NCBI RefSeq assembly: GCF_009914755.1
Contig: NC_060933.1
Direction: 5' to 3' (one strand)
Source: the human T2T-CHM13v2.0 reference genome, Homo sapiens
DNA: 64,000 nt
In this document: piece by piece, positions 57,583-64,000 of the stretch
How positions within the stretch are numbered: the first letter of the stretch is position 1
Layout: every line of letters begins with the position of its first letter
Notes under the pieces: model-generated
Seen by the model: only the letters and a program-made list of their open reading frames with translations
What the model was told of the DNA's origin: nothing
The model's database searches: none
Position numbers and translations under genes: made by a program

Positions 57583-57791
57583 ACAGGTATATATAGTATA
57601 TCTGTGGTGTAACAGTATATCTATAGTATTAAATTATATATATATACAGGTACATACAGTATGTCTGTGATATAACAGTATATCTATAGTATTAAATTAT
57701 CATCTAATACTATAGATATACTGTTATATCACAGACATACTGTATGTACATAATAAAATGGCATTCAGATATAAAAAATAATTATCATCTA
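57583..57791. repeat. 55-bp tandem duplication plus perfect 45-bp-arm inverted repeat
   Basis: Direct copies 57583-57637 and 57646-57700; arms 57650-57694 and 57705-57749 are exact reverse complements with a 10-nt loop. Confidence 0.97.
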
Positions 57792-59275
57792 GAATTTCTT
57801 CCTTTGTATGATTACAATGGGATACTCAGGATAATTTACAAAATAAAAATTTCATATGTGTCCTACCCCCATAACAGCATATGTAAATATGAGGCTTTTT
57901 CCAAGTTTCTTTAAATTCCTAAGTTTGAATCAAACCCTCACTTTAATATATTTACATCTGATAATCATATTTGCCAGTTTATGAATTTGCCCAAAATAAA
58001 AAGTTTAAATGTAGAAATTGAACATATTCCAGAGATACAGCACTGGAATAAAACACCCTATAAGAAATCCAATTCTAAAATGAGATTTGAAAAATATTCA
58101 TAAAGTTTAAAATCAGAGTAAAATGACTGTGGTTTTGAAGGGAAAAAAATCAAAAGAAAAAGGGTATAAAATGTAAATGGTGTTCCTATGTAATTAAAGA
58201 GCAGGTACTAGGCCAGCCACTGTTTCACAGAGCAATAAATACTTAAATATTATTTAGATATCTTCAGATTGTCTTATGAACATGCCCATGCAATAAATAG
58301 CTACATGGGGATTTATGAAATATCTTGAGATTACAGAACTGACAAAAATATTTATAACAATTATACTTCTATGAACTCTCTGGGATTCTGAAGGGAATCA
58401 TATTCCAATTCCTAAGATATGTTTTAAAGGTCAAATTTAATCTGTGATTCTAACATTAATGCATTTGGAAATATGTTTTATATCTACTGAGCATCAGATT
58501 ATAATTTTAATTTTAAGATGAGAAAATAGCAAATCCATAAGGCAAAGTAAAGCATTCATTTAGTATCTGAAGATTTCTGAAAAACATCTTGTGGTAAAAG
58601 TCATAGTAAAATATCTTTTTATTAACTACAGTATACATGAACATAAATGTTGTAAATTATGTTATCCCTGACAAGAATATCATTATCCCCTCCTGAATTT
58701 ACATAAACTGAAGAAACTAAACTAAATAAATGAAATACCTTAGTTGTTAGCTTGACTAAATCATTTTTCCCAGCCTAATTTTGTCTATCTCTGACAGATT
58801 TCAATCTATGTTAAACTCATCTCATTTTATTGAAACGGAATTTTCTAAGGTCTCCAGTCATCTAATGTGGGAAAAATACCAAGGCCTCTCTTTCTTTCAA
58901 AACCATGAATGTCTTTATTGCCTTGAAGCCTAAGGAGTAGTAGGCTTTAGACATTTATTACATTTCTACCTAGCCATTAGATCTGTTTGAATTGGTGTGC
59001 TTCTTTCGCTTTTCACCGCTTCCTCACAGCACATCAATTATTTAATTCTTAGAAACTACTGAAGAAACTGGTAGGTAACTCAATTCTCAGCCTAGGTTCC
59101 CCACATCAACATAAATAGTTTCAGTCCAGCCATACCAATATGTATTGCCATAGATTAGGTATAGAAATAAAGGTGCAGTTAAATTTTTAATAACTGAAAA
59201 ACAAAAGCAAATATAAAAATAAAGCTTTGGCCTTAAGCACTTTGTTTTTCCATTTGCTTTTGTTTTTCTGTTGTT

Positions 59276-59287
59276 TGTGTGTGTGTG

Positions 59288-59332
<45 letters not shown>
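59276..59332. repeat. (TG)n(TA)n compound microsatellite
   Basis: About 21 uninterrupted AT units after a TG run. Confidence 0.97.
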
Positions 59333-59336
<4 letters not shown>

Positions 59337-59509
59337 AATGTAGTGAATGATCAATTTCCTAAGGTCAGTCTTGATATTTTAAAAAGTTGTAAAGATTGAA
59401 TGAAAATCTAAGTACACAGAAAGGATAAGTTAAACCATGCTTTAACTATTTTGAAATTTTAGTTAATTAATTTTTTTAATTTTAAATTTCAAATAATTTT
59501 TCTAATTGA

Positions 59510-60285
59510 ATAACTCTTCACACCTATTAGAATTGACAAAATCCACTGACTCAGCAAATGCTGGCCAGGATGTGCATTAACATGAACTCTCATTCACTGC
59601 TTTTGGGAGAGCGAAAAGGTACACTTTGGCAGTTTCTAACAGAACTAAACACACTCTGACCATGGGCTCCAGCAAGTGAGCTCCTAGATGAACAATAAAC
59701 AAATTGTAGTACATACAGACCATGAAATATTACTGAGCACTAAAAGGAAATAAGATATCAAGCCATGAAAAGACAGGGAGGAAAATTAAATGCATAATAC
59801 TAAGTGAAAGCCAATACAAAAAGGCTACACACTATATGACTGTAACTATATGACATTCCGGAAAAGGCGAAACTGTGGAGACAGTTAAAAGACCAGTGGT
59901 TCTCAGTGATTAGGACAAAGGGAAGGATGAATAGGCAGAACACAGAGGATTTTTAGGGCACTAAAAATACTCTGTACGATACTATAAAGGTAGATACATG
60001 CCATTACAACATTAGTCCAAATCCACAGAATGTACCACAGCGAGAGTGAATCCTAATGGAAACCATGGACTTTGGGTGATAGTGATGTATCGTGTAGTAA
60101 TGACAAATCCACCACTCTGGTGGAGGATGGTCACTGTTGGACAGGCCATGCATACGTGAAGGTAGACAGTGTATGCAAACTGTACTTTCCGTTCAAATTT
60201 TGCTGTGAATGTAAGACTGCTGAAAACAATAAAGTTGACAAAAAAATTTAAAGTAATAAATAAATAATAAACAAACAAACAAATG
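59510..60285 (+). mobile_element. L1MC1-like 3' end
   Basis: caagccatgaaaagaca.ggagg, gatgaataggcagaacacagaggatttttagggca, ggactttgggtgata; A-rich tail. Confidence 0.85.
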
Positions 60286-60289
60286 CAGA

Positions 60290-60475
60290 GCTGAGATTCT
60301 CAACCAGGGGTGGTGGAAGGTGGTTATAGATTTCTAAATAGTTGTTTTTCAGTTTCAAAGCCTCTGCATTTTCTTTGTGAAATTGTTTAATATACACATA
60401 GGTGATTTCTTGACTTTTTGAGAGAAAGTTCAAAACTTTCATACTTTGTTCCAGAACAGTTAAGAACCCCTGCAG
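60290..60475. mobile_element. Possible hAT-Charlie MITE
   Basis: Degenerate termini gattctcaacc ... gttaagaacccctg. Confidence 0.4.
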
Positions 60476-61645
60476 AGAGATAGTCAAGAGTTATTGTATC
60501 AGTTCTTATTTTTATTATTTTAAATGTTATTTGATTTTTTCAAAAGTACATAATCTTTGTTAATTAAACAGTTTAGATAATCATAGTACACAAATGATGT
60601 TCATTTATAAATACAGCTCTATTTTAAACTTAAGCCAACAATTAACAACTGGCTATCGGCATATAACTGGCAGGCAAGTCCTAAAGAAACTACAAAATTA
60701 ACCTTCCAAAAAAGAAACTGGGGTCAGCTCTTAGATAGATTCATGTCAAAATGCCAGACCATTATCTTAATAGAGAGAATTTTGCAGGAATCTAAAGCCT
60801 TCGAAAGCTACCATGCATCTTGGTTTGATTATGGCATTATAACAAGTAAGTTTTTCGTTTAAAATAATTATCTTGTTTAACAGACAGTGACATGGAATTT
60901 TTACTTGTATTTTCTACAAATCTGTTAACAAGAAAAGTAAACTTTCTGGTCCTGGAGGGGAGAAAATAAAACAGATAATAATACTTCAACCAGTATAGTA
61001 GAGCAAGGGTTAGGGAAAAACACAGTTGCCACAGTACAACATATATAGAATATGATTAATTCACTAAACAAGGAAATAAAAGCAACTGATATAAATAATT
61101 TTTATTCTGCTCTGACTGTCTGGTTCAGAATCTTCTCAATCACTTATATATTAGTTTATACTGTGTAAAAATTAAAGAAGTGTATGTACAGAAATTTTGT
61201 AGTGATCCAATAACAAGCTTATATCTGCAAATAAATACAGTTAAATGGAAACTCAATAATATGGACCAAAAGAATAACTTCAACTAGTAAATATTAACTA
61301 ACTTAACAATAAGATGGTTTGGTGAAGCCTAATTATATCAATTCAAGGGAAGACGATAGGCATCAAGATTTTATTAAAATAAAATTTAAAAGAATTACTT
61401 TATAGGAATACATAATATAAAAAAAGGAATAAAAACTTAAAGATTGGACTACCTCAAGTGTTGAGTTCTACAGCATATTAATGCTCTTAAACTATATCAA
61501 TGTATATTATTATGTGAATGTTATAAGGATTAATCACAAAATGTTCTTGTAAACTATCCATTATAAGATACATTAGCTCAGATCAATATTTCTTGGAAAT
61601 AGAAGATATATTCTAATGTATATTAATTAGAAATTACTGATGTTA

Positions 61646-61720
61646 CTAGCTGAGAAATATTGAATAAAATATTTTCTCGGCTAGAGAAATATTCCTCTAG
61701 CTGAGAAATATTGAATAAAA
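61646..61720. repeat. 24-bp direct repeat flanking an inverted partial copy
   Basis: ctagctgagaaatattgaataaaa at 61646-61669 and 61697-61720. Confidence 0.93.
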
Positions 61721-63273
61721 GCAGAAATAAGGATGATATTTGTTATTTATATATGATAGTTATAATTTCAGCAGTTCACATAATTTAAAAAGAGAAAATT
61801 TTATTAGTTTATTCATCTAATAATTAACCATTTAAGTTACCATATAACCAGATTTAATTATAAAACTAATATCACATTTGTACAAAATACCTAATATTAT
61901 AGTGGAATAACAAACGAAAATTGAAGAAATAGTAAGAATGTATGTCATGTCTACACAGATTTCATAGTATTCATTTGCGTAAAGAAAAAAGTGAACTGTG
62001 TGTACCCTATCAAAAATCTTGACAACATTCTGACTTTGGAAATTAGAAAAATGCATCCATACCCCACAGAGCAAGCATCACCTGTTCTACTGCAGGAAAA
62101 GACACCATAAAATATAAAACAAAATATCTGCAACCAACATGAAACACATTGCTGGTGTGTAGAGGTCTGCCCATATACTGTAACTTTAGCTGTAAATATC
62201 TATGACAGAAGAATTTTCACTTTTAGCATGTGTATATCAATTTTCTCTAAAGGTGGTTTCAATTTAATCAGCACAAAATCAAAAATGAGAGCCAGCTTTC
62301 ACATGTCAGCATGGGTGAGCAAGAAAAATAGATGTAAAAAGATTTTGAAAATTGTTAAAGATGTTCATAGAGTCCATTTCAATCTCACGATCTCACAGGA
62401 TCCCTGTGGTGAGTGGAAATGGCAACAGACAGGAGCAATCACCTATTTAATGATTTACTAGAAAAATATATGGTCATCTTCAGTGGTCTCAGTAGTTACA
62501 ATAAATGGGCAATGTTCAATTATTTTTGTATTAATGTCATCAGACCATAGACACAATTTCCTATAGTATTTTCTTAATGTTTACTTACAAACCCATCAAA
62601 TAAATATTATAATGCCCAACGTCTTCTCACCAACAAATTTAAAAAATGCCAAAATATCTCTGATACCGGGCAGACACGTAGATAAGTGGAAACTTAATTA
62701 TTGGAAAGAGTCTGAAGGTTTAATCTATGATTATAAAATTAAAATAAAAAATATTGTTCTATATGATTATGTCATTATACCCAATAATGTCTTAGGCTAT
62801 GGATTTAAAATGAATATGGTGTGATAATTGGATGAATGTTATATATACACATAAGAAATGCCACTCAAGACACACAGATGTGAATATCTTTGTGAGAATA
62901 TCTTCGTTTTCATCATAATTCTTATGTTGAGTTTCATTTTATTATAAACTTCCATGTATTCTAAGTATGAGATTTTGAAAAATGGATGAAAATATATATC
63001 CTACCTACTAATATAGTTGGTTGGCTAGCACCATTCCTAATAGAAATCAGCTGCAAACAGCTTTCGGCACACCAAAGTTTTCCTTAGGTAGAAGAAAGGT
63101 TAAACTCTAAGTCATAAGGTTTACAACTTTTTAGAAAGTTGCCAGAAATTCCCAGTGATTTGGCCAATACTCTTCTGTTTAGTGAACTTAGTTTACTGAT
63201 GATAGGGTTTCTATATCAGTATGTTTAAATTCATGACCTATTTTGATAATGGTGGCATGTATGTATAATGATT

Positions 63274-63339
63274 TTTCTAATAAAATGGTAACCTGCTAGA
63301 TTACCTGCTAGATTTCTAATAAAATGGTAACCTGCTAGA
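63274..63339. repeat. 27-bp direct repeat with an internal partial third copy
   Basis: tttctaataaaatggtaacctgctaga twice, separated by ttacctgctaga. Confidence 0.93.
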
Positions 63340-64000
63340 AGGAAATTGTATTTTGTTCCAGAATGCTACATACTGCAAATGTTTCAATTTTTTTTTAAAT
63401 TTTAACAAATTAAAATTTGTTTTGGATATAAATTATCAACTCATAGTAAGACTTTTTCATGGGGAAACTTTTGGAAGAAGGCGATGATTTCTCAAAAGCT
63501 TATTTTATCTAATATGTTACATGTAAGACCTTATATGTTACATGTGTATACATATCACACATGCACCTACATATATGGTAAGACAAGGGGTAGAACATTA
63601 TAGTTTACTATGGTGATGAACCCCATGGCATTTCCCTGCCTTGTTATCTTTGCTTGTGTTTCTTCTACCTTTCTTGTGACTCCGCCTTATCTGAAAACAA
63701 GTGACAACCAACCTAAGGTTCTGGTTCCTGTAATGATTTTGGACCAAGAATGAAGCCTTCCTAAACTGGGTATTTTTAAGTCTCTCTCTCTCTAGAATGT
63801 GGTTATGGGCTAAATTCTGCTTGTCTAGGTCTCTATTATTTCCTTAGAATAATACTATGTGAAATTTGGAGTTAGCCTGCTATGTAATGCTATAATCTTT
63901 CACTATGTCCATGGATAGGCAAAGAGCTGATGGTCTGTAATAAAAAAGCATCTTAAATAAGAAAGTAAATTTCAAAGATGGTGCAATGGAATCTCAGTAA

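Noticed and set aside
57583-63545. Short direct repeats with spacers, superficially CRISPR-like
   Set aside because: Only two copies each, the spacers are self-derived, the DNA is eukaryotic and there are no cas genes.

Overview
AT-rich, CpG-poor primate (most likely human) non-coding DNA, either intergenic or deep intronic. I find no protein-coding exon, RNA gene, CpG island or CRISPR array. The supplied ORFs are Alu/L1 translation artefacts or chance ORFs. Much of the window is decayed transposable elements: L1PA/L1MA/L1MC, about 13 Alu copies or monomers, MER4A, MLT1 and an old ERV1-class LTR, Tigger3a, hAT-Charlie MITEs, MIR and L2. Subfamily names come from my recollection of consensus sequences, and boundaries of the old elements are approximate. 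What the repeats do not explain is a set of template-switch or repair scars, most between 48 and 64 kb: (1) a 287-bp inverted duplication with extra templated snippets at an Alu/(TA)n site; (2) a 78-bp templated insertion copied from 2 kb away into a Tigger3a; (3) a perfect 45-bp-arm palindrome; (4) dup-inv-dup and serial micro-duplications; (5) a 14-bp micro-inversion. Other oddities are a twin-primed L1 whose breakpoint falls at the position homologous to its own target site, a poly(A)-tailed ~67-bp LTR R-region retrocopy, and a speculative LTR-initiated minus-strand spliced lncRNA. I cannot support a new gene system from this sequence.
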